From an uncultured Bacilli bacterium (GTDB lineage Bacteria > Bacillota_I > Bacilli_A > RF39 > UBA660), in the NCBI GenBank assembly GCA_947630435.1, contig CANRHO010000002.1, positions 1-35,933 on the forward strand: a DNA stretch of 35,933 nt, given 5' to 3'. The translations under genes were made by a program, and so were the position numbers. The notes under the pieces are model-generated. The model saw nothing but the letters and a program-made list of their open reading frames with translations. It did no database searches and was not told the DNA's origin. This document shows, piece by piece, positions 25,141 to 34,304 of the stretch (position 1 is its first letter; every line of letters begins with the position of its first letter).

Positions 25141-28100
25141 ATGAAGCCATCAACAATTACTAAGTTTAAAGATTGGTTTATAATTACAAGAATAAGAGTT
25201 TTAAACTTTATAAAGGAACATAAATACATTTCAGCAATTGTTGGAGTGTTTTTGTTGTCGGCTGTTATTGCTTTAGTTGTAAGAGCCACTGATACCGAAA
25301 TAAGTAGTACTTCCGTTTCTGTTAGTGGGGATAATCGTGGAATTGTTTCGGTAACAACTGAGTCAGAAACTGAAGATAAAACCATTGCTCCTAATTTTAG
25401 TAATGTAATATACGCACTTGGTTATTCACTAGGAGAAGGAGATCAAAAGTGTAATACCCTTGAAGATAAATCGAGTTATAAAGTAGATGAGGTTGTTATA
25501 GAAGCAACCATTCCTATTAACAATAACATTAAATGGATAGGAAGCGATGAAACTACCATATCAAGTATTAAGAATCAAGACGGCAATTCAACTTTAAAAA
25601 TAACGATTCCAAGAGTAAACGTTTGTTCTTCCCACACGCAAACCTTTACTTTGCAAGTATTAAACGCGGAAAAAAACGTTGAAATAAAGCCAACTATAAA
25701 AATAAAAGGCGGATCAAATGGTAGTTACGTAAACGTACCTGATTCTGATACCTTTGTTAAGATAAAGACTTCATATGATAAAGAAAAAGCTTTAAAACCA
25801 ATGGTAATACCAGGTGTTGCAAGAAGGGTTAATAACGCAAGAGACGTAATGTTTGGAATTGTTTTAGGAGTAGATTCGGAATCTTTGAAAAACACACATT
25901 TAAATTCCTCCGTAGATATAACTTTGCTTGCAACTCAAGGCATCTCAAAAGAGTCCATAACTTTATACACAGATAATACTACAAAGTTTAATAATAATGA
26001 TCATGATGGTAATTATTATGGAATAAATGATAACTCAAGACACTTTTTTGCAAATGGTCAAATGCCTGATTTAACATCTACGTCTGGAAAAATTAGCGGT
26101 CTTGTTAAAATAGATTCAAAAGACGCAACTCAAGGCATTGATAATACTGAATTAGTCGCACCCGTTGTTACTTTAACTGGTCCTAATATTGTTGAAATAG
26201 AAAAATATCCGGATTCTTCAAATGAAAAATACGATGATAATTCTAAAATCTTGGTAAATGGATCTAATGCAAATAGTTATACTGAAACTATATTTAAGGA
26301 TGGTTCGGAAGATCCTGTAAGTGAAATACCTTTAAATGATATTGGAATTTATACAATAAATTACACTGTAGATGGTGATAATGGATCTAAGACAACCATG
26401 GTAAAAAACGTTAAAATTGTAGAACCATCAAATAATACTTACTCCTTAGAAGGCGAAAAAACAATATATATAAAAAAAGGAGATACTTTAAAAGAACAGG
26501 GAATTTACAAACGTAATGGTAATACTGCAACCAAAATAGATAGTAGTAAATATGAAATTACTTATTCAAATAAGAATGATGGAGAAAGTGATGGTTTAAC
26601 AAAAGAAAATATAACTAATACCATAGGTTCATATATTCAAACTTATACTGTTAATCCTGAGGAAAATGAACCTAGTATTGGTGAACCAGAAGTATTGACA
26701 AGAACGATAATAGTTACCGATGAACTTCCATCAACAACATCAGAAAAAGTTTCTGTAAAAACAGCAAACATGTACTCTGGAGAAAGTCTTAATGACCATA
26801 AAGTAATAATATCAGACACAGAAAAAGAGTGTAGTAAAGATAATAATTGTTCTGTAAAGGAAAATGCATCTAAAAATACATTTACTTATGTAGTTAATAA
26901 TGAAAAAACAAAAGGTTATATCACGGAAATAACAAAAAAAATAAATATTATCCCTTTTCAATATAAATTATCAATTTCGGGAATATCTCCTAATTTTACT
27001 ACTAATCGTATAGAAGATAATTTTTATGCTATAGGATCTTATTATGTTACTGCAAAATCAACTAGAGCTGAATCTTTAACCGAAGAATTTGATGTTAATT
27101 TAAAAGCTATTTTAGGAAGCGAAGAAAGTTCTAATAAAGTGGAAAACAAAGTATTTGCTAGCGGTGAAGATACAAGTAACGTAACTAATAGATTGTATGT
27201 AATAGAAAATTCAGAATATGTAGAAGTTAAAAGTGATAATAAAGACCAATTAACAGGTGATTATTACACAGCATCGATGGGAGAAGAAGTTCTTCTTACA
27301 TCCACTTTTGAATATGGTTATGATGCTGACGAAAACATTAATGAATTAACTGCTAAAATACCGGTAAACGGAAACTTGATTCCTATTTCATATACTTCTT
27401 CTATAACGGAAGATGGCTCTTCCTATTTTGGATATGAAATAACTTATAATGGGCAAAATCTTAATGTTATTCCTGGTTACGAAATAAAATATTATGATTC
27501 TAACAATGAGGAAATCACAAAAGAAACTTTTGATGCTGATAAAGAAGTTGTTAGTTATATAATTATAAAAATTAAGACTAACGAATCATCATCATTTACA
27601 ATTAGGCCAGGTACAATAATTAGACTAATGACCAAATATAAAGTAAAAACATTTAGTGGTACTAGCGATGTTGCAAAAAATTTAAATGATTTAAAATTTA
27701 ATGGTAGTTCGACATTTTCTTGGAACGTAAACAAAGAAAATTATACTATCGGTTCTGATAAGGATACGCCATATGCTTATATTACTCCATATAAAGTAAG
27801 AACAACGGTTGGAATTGGTAGAAACGATGATTACAATACCAATAAAGATGTAATTCTTGACGCTTCTAAAAATCAAAACTACACAATATATGCAACTACT
27901 GATTTAACTTCTCCTGCGATGAATATAAACTCAAATATTTTTGGTTACAATAGGGTTAGTAGTGTACCAATCGTGTTTGAGTTACCTTCAGGAGTTAATT
28001 ACGTTTATAATAAAAATTATGTTTTAGAACCTCAAATTTCTTATAAAAACGGAAAAACTATCCTAACTTATAATTATCAATCAGTAGAACCAAATAGTTG

Positions 28101-29667
28101 GATTGAACCAATATACTTTGATTTTAACGTTGATGTTTCAGCCATTACTGGAAACTTTGAAATAAAAGTATCAACAGGAGATGTTAGTAACAGTAATTTT
28201 GCTATTACTAATGATGTTTCAAGTATCGATAAATACAAAGTGAAAAATAAAAATATTAGTATTGTAAACATTGAAAAAATATCTTATGGTCAATATATTT
28301 ATGATGAAGATGGAAAATTCATTTCTAACATTGATAAAGATGATAGCTTTGATTTTACAACAAAATTACATAATAATTTACAAGAACAGGTTGATGATTT
28401 AAGCGTTTATACCGTTCTTCCATACATTGATACTGAAAAATTATCATCTTTTAATGGAACATATGAAATAGAAGGCTTACCAGAAAAAGCAATGTGCATA
28501 CCAAAAGAATATGCAAGCTATGTTACTAAATCAGATCTTTTAAATCAATTAGATACGTTATGGGAACCATGTTCTAATTATAAGAATGCTAATAATAGGT
28601 ATTCTGATTTTGGAGCATTTAAAATTGATTATGATAAAATAGATGCAAATTCAAACTTAGAAACAAAAATCAAAGTATATACGATAGGAAACCAACCTGA
28701 TGATGTATATACGTTTAAATCATATTTAAAATATAAAAACTCAGATTATATAAGCTTTGAGGATGTTGATGTTGAAGTTATAAGCAAAAAAATAACTGGT
28801 GTTGTTTGGGAGGATTTTAATGTAGATGGAATAATGGATGACACCGAAAAGAAAATTTCAAACGTTACATTAAAGTTATATAATTCATTAGATGAGCTAA
28901 TTCAAACGACTACTCCTGATGAAAAAGGTGAGTATACTTTTTCCGGTATTTTAACTGGTGATTACTATGTTGTGGCAGATTTTAATACGGATAAATATGG
29001 AGTAACCGGAAATCCTTCTGAAGATTTTTATGATAAAACAAGATTATCAGTATTTAAGCCTGTTCCAATAACTAGCGAGCAGCAAGATTTATATGAAGAA
29101 AGAGAAAATACGGATGATGTTGTAGCAGAAGACACAGAACCAATGAGTATTGTTAAAACAGATATGATAAGTATTGGTAATGAAACCAGAATAGTAAGAA
29201 ACATTAACTTAGGTTTATCATTAAGAAAAATCTTTGGTATAAGAGTTAATAAGTATATTAATAAGGTGGATGTAACTAATGCTTTAGGTGTAGTAACTAC
29301 TAAAAATTATGGAAATACGAAACTTGCTAAATTAGATGTAAAAGACGTTAATAACTTACATATAAAAGTTGTTTATACAATAGAAGTAGAAAATGTTAAA
29401 TACTATCCTGGATATGTAACTTTAATAACAGATATAGTACCTGACGGAATGAACTTTAATTCAAAATACTCTGAGAATAATGGTTGGGAGTTATTAGAAG
29501 ATGGCACTTTGATAAATAGAACTTTGGCAAACACAATAATAAATGAAGGTGAAAAGAAATATTTAACCATTGCGTTTGATATAACAAGAAAAGAAGCCGG
29601 ATCTTTTATAAACTTTGCATCCGTTGATGAATTACAAATATTAGGAGGTATAAGTGATGAAAAGTAA
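25141..29667 (+). CDS. Very large (~1500 aa) N-terminally anchored surface protein with Ig-like (DUF5011-like) repeats, an SdrD B-like/Cna-B-type domain and DUF11-like beta-sandwich modules
   Basis: The ATG at 25141 lies 9 nt after GGAGG. There is an N-terminal TM/signal (ISAIVGVFLLSAVIALVVRA). Two segments resemble DUF5011 Ig-like domains (APVVTLTGPNIVEIEKY...IGIYTINYTVDGDNGSKTTMVKNVKIVE and a second ending TRTIIVTD). ITGVVWEDFNVDGIMDDTEKKISNVTLKLYN...DEKGEYTFSGILTGDYYVV is a classic SdrD B-like repeat. No LPXTG or C-terminal hydrophobic tail is present. Confidence 0.75.
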   Translation: MKPSTITKFKDWFIITRIRVLNFIKEHKYISAIVGVFLLSAVIALVVRATDTEISSTSVSVSGDNRGIVSVTTESETEDKTIAPNFSNVIYALGYSLGEGDQKCNTLEDKSSYKVDEVVIEATIPINNNIKWIGSDETTISSIKNQDGNSTLKITIPRVNVCSSHTQTFTLQVLNAEKNVEIKPTIKIKGGSNGSYVNVPDSDTFVKIKTSYDKEKALKPMVIPGVARRVNNARDVMFGIVLGVDSESLKNTHLNSSVDITLLATQGISKESITLYTDNTTKFNNNDHDGNYYGINDNSRHFFANGQMPDLTSTSGKISGLVKIDSKDATQGIDNTELVAPVVTLTGPNIVEIEKYPDSSNEKYDDNSKILVNGSNANSYTETIFKDGSEDPVSEIPLNDIGIYTINYTVDGDNGSKTTMVKNVKIVEPSNNTYSLEGEKTIYIKKGDTLKEQGIYKRNGNTATKIDSSKYEITYSNKNDGESDGLTKENITNTIGSYIQTYTVNPEENEPSIGEPEVLTRTIIVTDELPSTTSEKVSVKTANMYSGESLNDHKVIISDTEKECSKDNNCSVKENASKNTFTYVVNNEKTKGYITEITKKINIIPFQYKLSISGISPNFTTNRIEDNFYAIGSYYVTAKSTRAESLTEEFDVNLKAILGSEESSNKVENKVFASGEDTSNVTNRLYVIENSEYVEVKSDNKDQLTGDYYTASMGEEVLLTSTFEYGYDADENINELTAKIPVNGNLIPISYTSSITEDGSSYFGYEITYNGQNLNVIPGYEIKYYDSNNEEITKETFDADKEVVSYIIIKIKTNESSSFTIRPGTIIRLMTKYKVKTFSGTSDVAKNLNDLKFNGSSTFSWNVNKENYTIGSDKDTPYAYITPYKVRTTVGIGRNDDYNTNKDVILDASKNQNYTIYATTDLTSPAMNINSNIFGYNRVSSVPIVFELPSGVNYVYNKNYVLEPQISYKNGKTILTYNYQSVEPNSWIEPIYFDFNVDVSAITGNFEIKVSTGDVSNSNFAITNDVSSIDKYKVKNKNISIVNIEKISYGQYIYDEDGKFISNIDKDDSFDFTTKLHNNLQEQVDDLSVYTVLPYIDTEKLSSFNGTYEIEGLPEKAMCIPKEYASYVTKSDLLNQLDTLWEPCSNYKNANNRYSDFGAFKIDYDKIDANSNLETKIKVYTIGNQPDDVYTFKSYLKYKNSDYISFEDVDVEVISKKITGVVWEDFNVDGIMDDTEKKISNVTLKLYNSLDELIQTTTPDEKGEYTFSGILTGDYYVVADFNTDKYGVTGNPSEDFYDKTRLSVFKPVPITSEQQDLYEERENTDDVVAEDTEPMSIVKTDMISIGNETRIVRNINLGLSLRKIFGIRVNKYINKVDVTNALGVVTTKNYGNTKLAKLDVKDVNNLHIKVVYTIEVENVKYYPGYVTLITDIVPDGMNFNSKYSENNGWELLEDGTLINRTLANTIINEGEKKYLTIAFDITRKEAGSFINFASVDELQILGGISDEK

Positions 29668-31879
29668 AAATAAAATTATAAATTTAATTATCACCTTTTG
29701 TTTGTTTTTCTTTCCGTTAACAACTTTATCAGCATATGACATAGTTGGTGATGGAGTATGCGAAAATTGCAGTCATACTCCATATTACACTAATAAATAT
29801 GAGAATAATGGATCATATCACGAAAGAGATATAACTAATATGAACCAATTCTGTCAAGGAGGACCTTGTCAACAAGGTAGTCAAAGGCTGTTTTGTATAG
29901 AACCAACAAAAACACATGCCTCAAGTGGTTATCAAAGAACCAATGATTATGATACTGCTAAAGATGAATTAGATAGTAAATGGAAAGCTGGGTTTGCTCA
30001 TCAAGAAGATTTAAAAAAGGTATTATCTTGTTGGGAAGAGAACAAATCTAGTCTTGCTGCTACCCAAGCTATTATTTGGGAGATAATGGCAGAGGAAAGA
30101 TATAACATTAATGAAAAAAACATATTATCGGGAAACTATACACCATATATGTCAGACGGCAAAACCTTTCAGTCAAAAACCGGTAAAAATCCAATTAGTG
30201 GAGTATTGTGCCCAAATGGCGTAAATAAAGATACCAGTAGTTTATGTAAAAAATATCAAGCAACGCTAAGATGTGCAGCAAGATTTAATGTTGTTCCATC
30301 ATTTTCAAATCAATTAGATTCTAAAGCTAAGGCAAGTCCCCTTAAGCTAACTAATTATGATGATGAAACCCAAACGTTTTCAAGAATATTTACTCATAAT
30401 GGACTTGATTCTAAGTTGTTGAAATATTATAAAATTCCATCGGTTGAAGGTTTAACTATTACTAAAACAGATACAAGTATAACCATTTCAACAAAAAACG
30501 AAATAGCATCTCAATCAGAAGCTAAAAGAGTAACGCTTAATTATGCACTAAAAGATAATGGTTATAATTTAAATGATGATCCAGATTATTTCTATTACAG
30601 AAGTACATTCCAAACTTTAATGCAAGGGTCATCTAAATTAACCTCTTATATGTATGTTTATACAGGAGAAAAACCTACTTATCAGCTAAGGGTTCAGAAA
30701 AAAGATGAGTATCAAAAACCGATGAGTGGTGTTAAATTTAATGTATATAGTGACGCTTCATTAAAAACAAAAATCGGAACTACAACAGCTACTGATCAAA
30801 ACGGTTGGGCTTATCTAACCGGTATTAACAAAATCGGTAAATATTATATTCAAGAAGCAGATACCCCTGATGGATACATAACTAATAAGAAGGTTGTAAA
30901 CGTTACGGTTAAAGGAGAAAATAGAACCGGATCAAACAGCTACGCAACTGCATCAGAAGTTTTTGTAAATAACTTTATGCATCTTAATTTATCCAAAAGA
31001 ACAATTGATGCTAATGGTAACGTAATAGAAATACCAGATTATTCCGATAATAGTTGTACTGGTAATTACTCTGGACCGGTATTTACTTTAAAAAAGGAAA
31101 ATAAAGATATTTGTGTTGTAGAAATTTCTGCTGGAAAATATAGAGTTGCTGAATCATGCAGTGAAGCTAATGCAACTAATGAGATAAAAACATGTACTGG
31201 AAAGTTTGATATTGAAGGTATAAAATCCGGATGTTATGAACTTACCGAGACTAAGGCTCCAAACGGATATACATTACCTGCAAATCCATCACAAAAAATA
31301 TGCGTAACAAAAGGAGAAAGTTCCACCGCAACCGCAGTATATAATGGTGTATCAGGAGTTATATTTAATAAAATAACTGAAAATGGTCAACTACTTGATG
31401 GTGGTAAGTATGCTTTGCAAATTAAGGTAAATGGAATATATAAGGATATGCTTCTTAAGCATGATGCTGGAGTATATTATTCATACGTTGAGTCTTTAAA
31501 CGATCAAACAGATGGTGCAACATATATTTTAGAAACAACTAATGGTACTATAAACGTAAGAAATTTACCTCCTGGAGAATATAGATTCGTTGAAAAAGAA
31601 GCTCCTGAGGGATATGATGCAATTAAGGATAAGGATTCTAATGCAACGTTTACAATAAGTGATAAAGGAATATTTGGATCAGATGGGAAACCAGTTACTG
31701 ATTATTATCAAGTTAAGTTAGTAAATCAAAAAGTAAGATTAGAAGGAAGCTATGATTCAGCGGAATTAATAGTTACTATAATAACTGGAAGAAAAGTTGC
31801 TAATTACGCAATTATAATATCAGGACTTATTTTATTATTAATAATATTTGTAATTTTAAGAAAGATATTAAAAAAATAG
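29657..31879 (+). CDS. Secreted adhesin-like protein with thioester-domain (TED/TQXA) motifs and three SpaA/Cna-B-type domains, with a C-terminal TM tail
   Basis: AGGAGG at 29643-29648 and a signal peptide (IINLIITFCLFFFPLTTLSA). The motifs LFCIEP and TQAIIW fit the [YFL]-C-hydrophobic-[DENQ] and TQxA[IV]W thioester signatures. Prealbumin-fold repeats end in DTPDGYI, KAPNGYTLP and EAPEGYDA. The C-terminus is a hydrophobic helix plus RKILKK. The first 11 nt (29657-29667) overlap the upstream gene (14 nt counted from the alternative GTG start at 29654). Confidence 0.8.
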   Translation: MKSKNKIINLIITFCLFFFPLTTLSAYDIVGDGVCENCSHTPYYTNKYENNGSYHERDITNMNQFCQGGPCQQGSQRLFCIEPTKTHASSGYQRTNDYDTAKDELDSKWKAGFAHQEDLKKVLSCWEENKSSLAATQAIIWEIMAEERYNINEKNILSGNYTPYMSDGKTFQSKTGKNPISGVLCPNGVNKDTSSLCKKYQATLRCAARFNVVPSFSNQLDSKAKASPLKLTNYDDETQTFSRIFTHNGLDSKLLKYYKIPSVEGLTITKTDTSITISTKNEIASQSEAKRVTLNYALKDNGYNLNDDPDYFYYRSTFQTLMQGSSKLTSYMYVYTGEKPTYQLRVQKKDEYQKPMSGVKFNVYSDASLKTKIGTTTATDQNGWAYLTGINKIGKYYIQEADTPDGYITNKKVVNVTVKGENRTGSNSYATASEVFVNNFMHLNLSKRTIDANGNVIEIPDYSDNSCTGNYSGPVFTLKKENKDICVVEISAGKYRVAESCSEANATNEIKTCTGKFDIEGIKSGCYELTETKAPNGYTLPANPSQKICVTKGESSTATAVYNGVSGVIFNKITENGQLLDGGKYALQIKVNGIYKDMLLKHDAGVYYSYVESLNDQTDGATYILETTNGTINVRNLPPGEYRFVEKEAPEGYDAIKDKDSNATFTISDKGIFGSDGKPVTDYYQVKLVNQKVRLEGSYDSAELIVTIITGRKVANYAIIISGLILLLIIFVILRKILKK

Positions 31880-31900
31880 CAATTAATTTGCTATTTTTAT
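31872..31900 (+). terminator. Terminator after the adhesin operon
   Basis: Stem TAGCAA/TTGCTA (31877-31882 pairing with 31888-31893), then TTTTTATT. Confidence 0.65.
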
Positions 31901-31946
31901 TATAATTATGGTAAAATTAATATATAGTTTCGAAGGAGTGATGAAG

Positions 31947-32204
31947 ATGGAAGTAACAAAGGTAACGGTATCAAAAGAAGAAAAGGAAAATTCAAGGGTT
32001 AAAGGATATGCTATAATAGAATTGGATGGTGTTTTAAAAGTTAACGGTATTCGTATAATTCAAGGAAACGAAAGAATGTTTGCGGCAATGCCTAACAGAA
32101 AAGTTGGAGAAGATAAATATATAGATTATGTATATCCAATTAATAAGGAGTTAAGAGAAAAGATAGAAAAAGCAATTTTAGAAGAGTATAACAAAGAAAA
32201 TTAG
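31947..32204 (+). CDS. spoVG: Septation/sporulation regulator SpoVG
   Basis: MEVTKVTVSKEE...VKGYAIIELDGVLKVNGIRIIQGNERMFAAMPNRK...DYVYPINKELREKIEKAILEEY parallels B. subtilis SpoVG. GAAGGAG lies 8 nt upstream of the ATG at 31947. Confidence 0.9.
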   Translation: MEVTKVTVSKEEKENSRVKGYAIIELDGVLKVNGIRIIQGNERMFAAMPNRKVGEDKYIDYVYPINKELREKIEKAILEEYNKEN

Positions 32205-32247
32205 TATATTCTTTTTTTTATTATAATATAATTTATCAGGAGGAGTT

Positions 32248-32538
32248 ATGAATAAGGATACTGATAAATTAGGTTTGACATCTCATAATATAAGCATTAC
32301 TGAAAGACAGAACATTCAAATAAATGGTGTTACGAAAATAGATAGTTTTGATAATGATGAATTTTTACTTGAAACTGAATTAGGTACACTTGGTATTAAA
32401 GGAAAGGGTCTTGAAATAATAAAACTTGATACGTATGAAGGAACCATTGCTATTAAGGGTGTAATTGATGCTTTATCTTATTTTGATACCCCTAAGTCAA
32501 AAAAAGAAAATTCTGTTATTTCTAGGTTATTCAAATGA
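32248..32538 (+). CDS. yabP: Sporulation protein YabP
   Basis: 96 aa with a YabP-like core (HNISITERQNIQINGVTKIDSFDNDEFLLETELGTLGIKGKGLEI). It overlaps the following yabQ-like gene by 4 nt, as is typical. Confidence 0.85.
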   Translation: MNKDTDKLGLTSHNISITERQNIQINGVTKIDSFDNDEFLLETELGTLGIKGKGLEIIKLDTYEGTIAIKGVIDALSYFDTPKSKKENSVISRLFK

Positions 32539-32810
32539 TGAGCTTAGAAGAACAATTTAGAGTTATTTTTTACTCTTTTGCTTATGGTATGTTTTTTCTT
32601 TCTACGGTTAAGTTAATAAAGTGCATTAAAGTAAAAAAAACACTTTCTAGGTTTTTAATGGAATTATTATTTATGATATTCCATGTGATTTTATTTTATT
32701 TTTTATTGTATAAAATAAACGGAGGAATAATATCATTTTACGTTGGATTGTTTTTTTTATTAGGAAATTTCTTTTGTAAACTCTTTTACTATTCTGACAA
32801 AAAAAGTTGA
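32535..32810 (+). CDS. yabQ: Spore cortex biosynthesis protein YabQ-like membrane protein
   Basis: 91-aa, three-TM protein translationally coupled to yabP. The call rests mainly on synteny and topology. Confidence 0.65.
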   Translation: MMSLEEQFRVIFYSFAYGMFFLSTVKLIKCIKVKKTLSRFLMELLFMIFHVILFYFLLYKINGGIISFYVGLFFLLGNFFCKLFYYSDKKS

Positions 32811-32860
32811 AATTTTCATGTTTTTCATTGTATAATATAACTGTCATGGGGATGATATAA

Positions 32861-33151
32861 ATGAAAAGAAGATTAACTAGTAAAGAACGTCGAAGAGTAG
32901 TGTTAACGTCAATATTATGTTTTTTTATAATTGGTTTAGCAGTTATATCATCAGTTAATAACATCATGAAAATAGGTGCTAAAAAAATAGAAAAAGCAAA
33001 TCTTAGTAAAAAACTTGAGGAGCTAAAAGAAGAACAAACAACCTTAAGTGATGATGTCGAAAAACTTAAAAACCCAGAATATGCCGCTAAATATGCGAGA
33101 GAAAAATATTTATATTCAAAAACCGGAGAAAAAATTTTAAAAATAGATTAA
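32861..33151 (+). CDS. divIC: Septum formation initiator (DivIC/FtsB family)
   Basis: Basic N-terminus, a single TM (VVLTSILCFFIIGLAVI), a coiled-coil (LSKKLEELKEEQTTLSDDVEKLKN) and a PEYAAKYAREKY motif. Confidence 0.7.
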   Translation: MKRRLTSKERRRVVLTSILCFFIIGLAVISSVNNIMKIGAKKIEKANLSKKLEELKEEQTTLSDDVEKLKNPEYAAKYAREKYLYSKTGEKILKID

Positions 33152-33176
33152 CAGGGATTTACGTCCTTGTTTTTTA
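33151..33176 (+). terminator. Terminator after divIC
   Basis: Stem ACAGGGA/TCCTTGT (one G-U pair), loop TTTACG, then TTTTTAT. Confidence 0.55.
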
Positions 33177-33214
33177 TATTTTAATATGGTTTAATACTAT
33201 TGGATGTGAAAAAA

Positions 33215-33586
33215 ATGGATATTGAAAAAATAAATTCAGGGGTTTTAGCATATATTGGCGATGCGGTATACGAATTAAAAATAAGAAAGTATTTGATTTC
33301 AAAAAAAATTAATAAGGTAAACATTTTACAAAAAGAATCCATAAACTTTGTTAGTGCTTCTAGTCAAGCTGATATTTTGGATGATTTGATAAAGAAAAAC
33401 ATACTTACTGAAAAAGAACTACATTTAGTTAAGAGGGCTAGAAATTATAGACCACATTCAAAACCTAAAAGCACTAGTATAAAAACATATAAAAAAGCGA
33501 CTGCATTAGAAGCTTTGTTTGGAATGCTTTTTATTAATAATAATGAAACAAGAATAGATGAAATAATGAAAGAGATATTAAGGTGA
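33215..33586 (+). CDS. mrnC: Mini-ribonuclease 3
   Basis: LAYIGDAVYELKIRKYL and TALEALFG are the RNase III-like catalytic motifs, and the size fits Mini-III. Start is uncertain: the track ORF begins at the TTG at 33200. Confidence 0.85.
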   Translation: MDIEKINSGVLAYIGDAVYELKIRKYLISKKINKVNILQKESINFVSASSQADILDDLIKKNILTEKELHLVKRARNYRPHSKPKSTSIKTYKKATALEALFGMLFINNNETRIDEIMKEILR

Positions 33587-33590
33587 TTAT

Positions 33591-34304
33591 ATGTATGTAT
33601 ATGGAAAAAACGTGGCAAAACAACTTTTAAGCAACAATAGTAAAATAAAAAAAGTATATTTATCAAATAATTTAAAGGATGATCAAATAAATGATGCGTT
33701 ATTAAAAAAGAAAATTAATGTTACTTATTTAAATAAAAATGATATGGATAAATTAGAAAAGGGAAATCATCAAGGAGTTATTCTTGAGATTCCGGATTTT
33801 GAGTATTATGATGAAAAATATATGTTTAATAATTTACCTTCTAATCCTTTCATAATCATACTGGATCATTTAGAAGATCCTCATAATTTTGGTGCTATAA
33901 TAAGAACGGCAGAAGCCGCTGGAGTAGATTACATAATAATTCCTAAAAACAGATGTGTTCCGGTCAATGGGACGGTTATGAAAACGAGTGTAGGAGCTTT
34001 AGATAACGTAAAGATAGTAGAAGTAACAAACCTTATAAACATCATAAAGAAATTGAAACAGCATGGAGTATGGATAGTAGGAACGGATATGGATAATAGT
34101 GTTTTATATGATAGCATAGATTATAATTTACCCATTGCAATAGTAATAGGTAATGAGGGTTTTGGGATGAGCAATTTAGTAAAACAAAACTGTGATTTTA
34201 TTGCTAATATTCCAATGTATGGGAAAGTAAATAGTTTAAATGCGTCTGTTGCAGCGGGTATAATGATATATGAAGTAGTAAGAAAAAGAAAGCAAGGTGT
34301 TTAA
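33591..34304 (+). CDS. rlmB: 23S rRNA 2'-O-ribose methyltransferase, SpoU/TrmH family (RlmB/YacO-like)
   Basis: SpoU motifs (LDHLEDPHNFGAIIRTAEAAGV, IVIGNEGFGMS, IPMYGKVNSLNASVAAGI) and an N-terminal L30e-like substrate-binding domain. Confidence 0.85.
   Translation: MYVYGKNVAKQLLSNNSKIKKVYLSNNLKDDQINDALLKKKINVTYLNKNDMDKLEKGNHQGVILEIPDFEYYDEKYMFNNLPSNPFIIILDHLEDPHNFGAIIRTAEAAGVDYIIIPKNRCVPVNGTVMKTSVGALDNVKIVEVTNLINIIKKLKQHGVWIVGTDMDNSVLYDSIDYNLPIAIVIGNEGFGMSNLVKQNCDFIANIPMYGKVNSLNASVAAGIMIYEVVRKRKQGV

Noticed and set aside
31880-31946. A sigma-H-type promoter upstream of spoVG, as in B. subtilis.
   Set aside because: I could not find a convincing AGGAWWT -35 element with a GAAT-type -10 at the correct spacing. 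The only plausible element is a sigma-A-like TTGCTA-N18-TAAAAT overlapping the upstream terminator, which is too weak to call.
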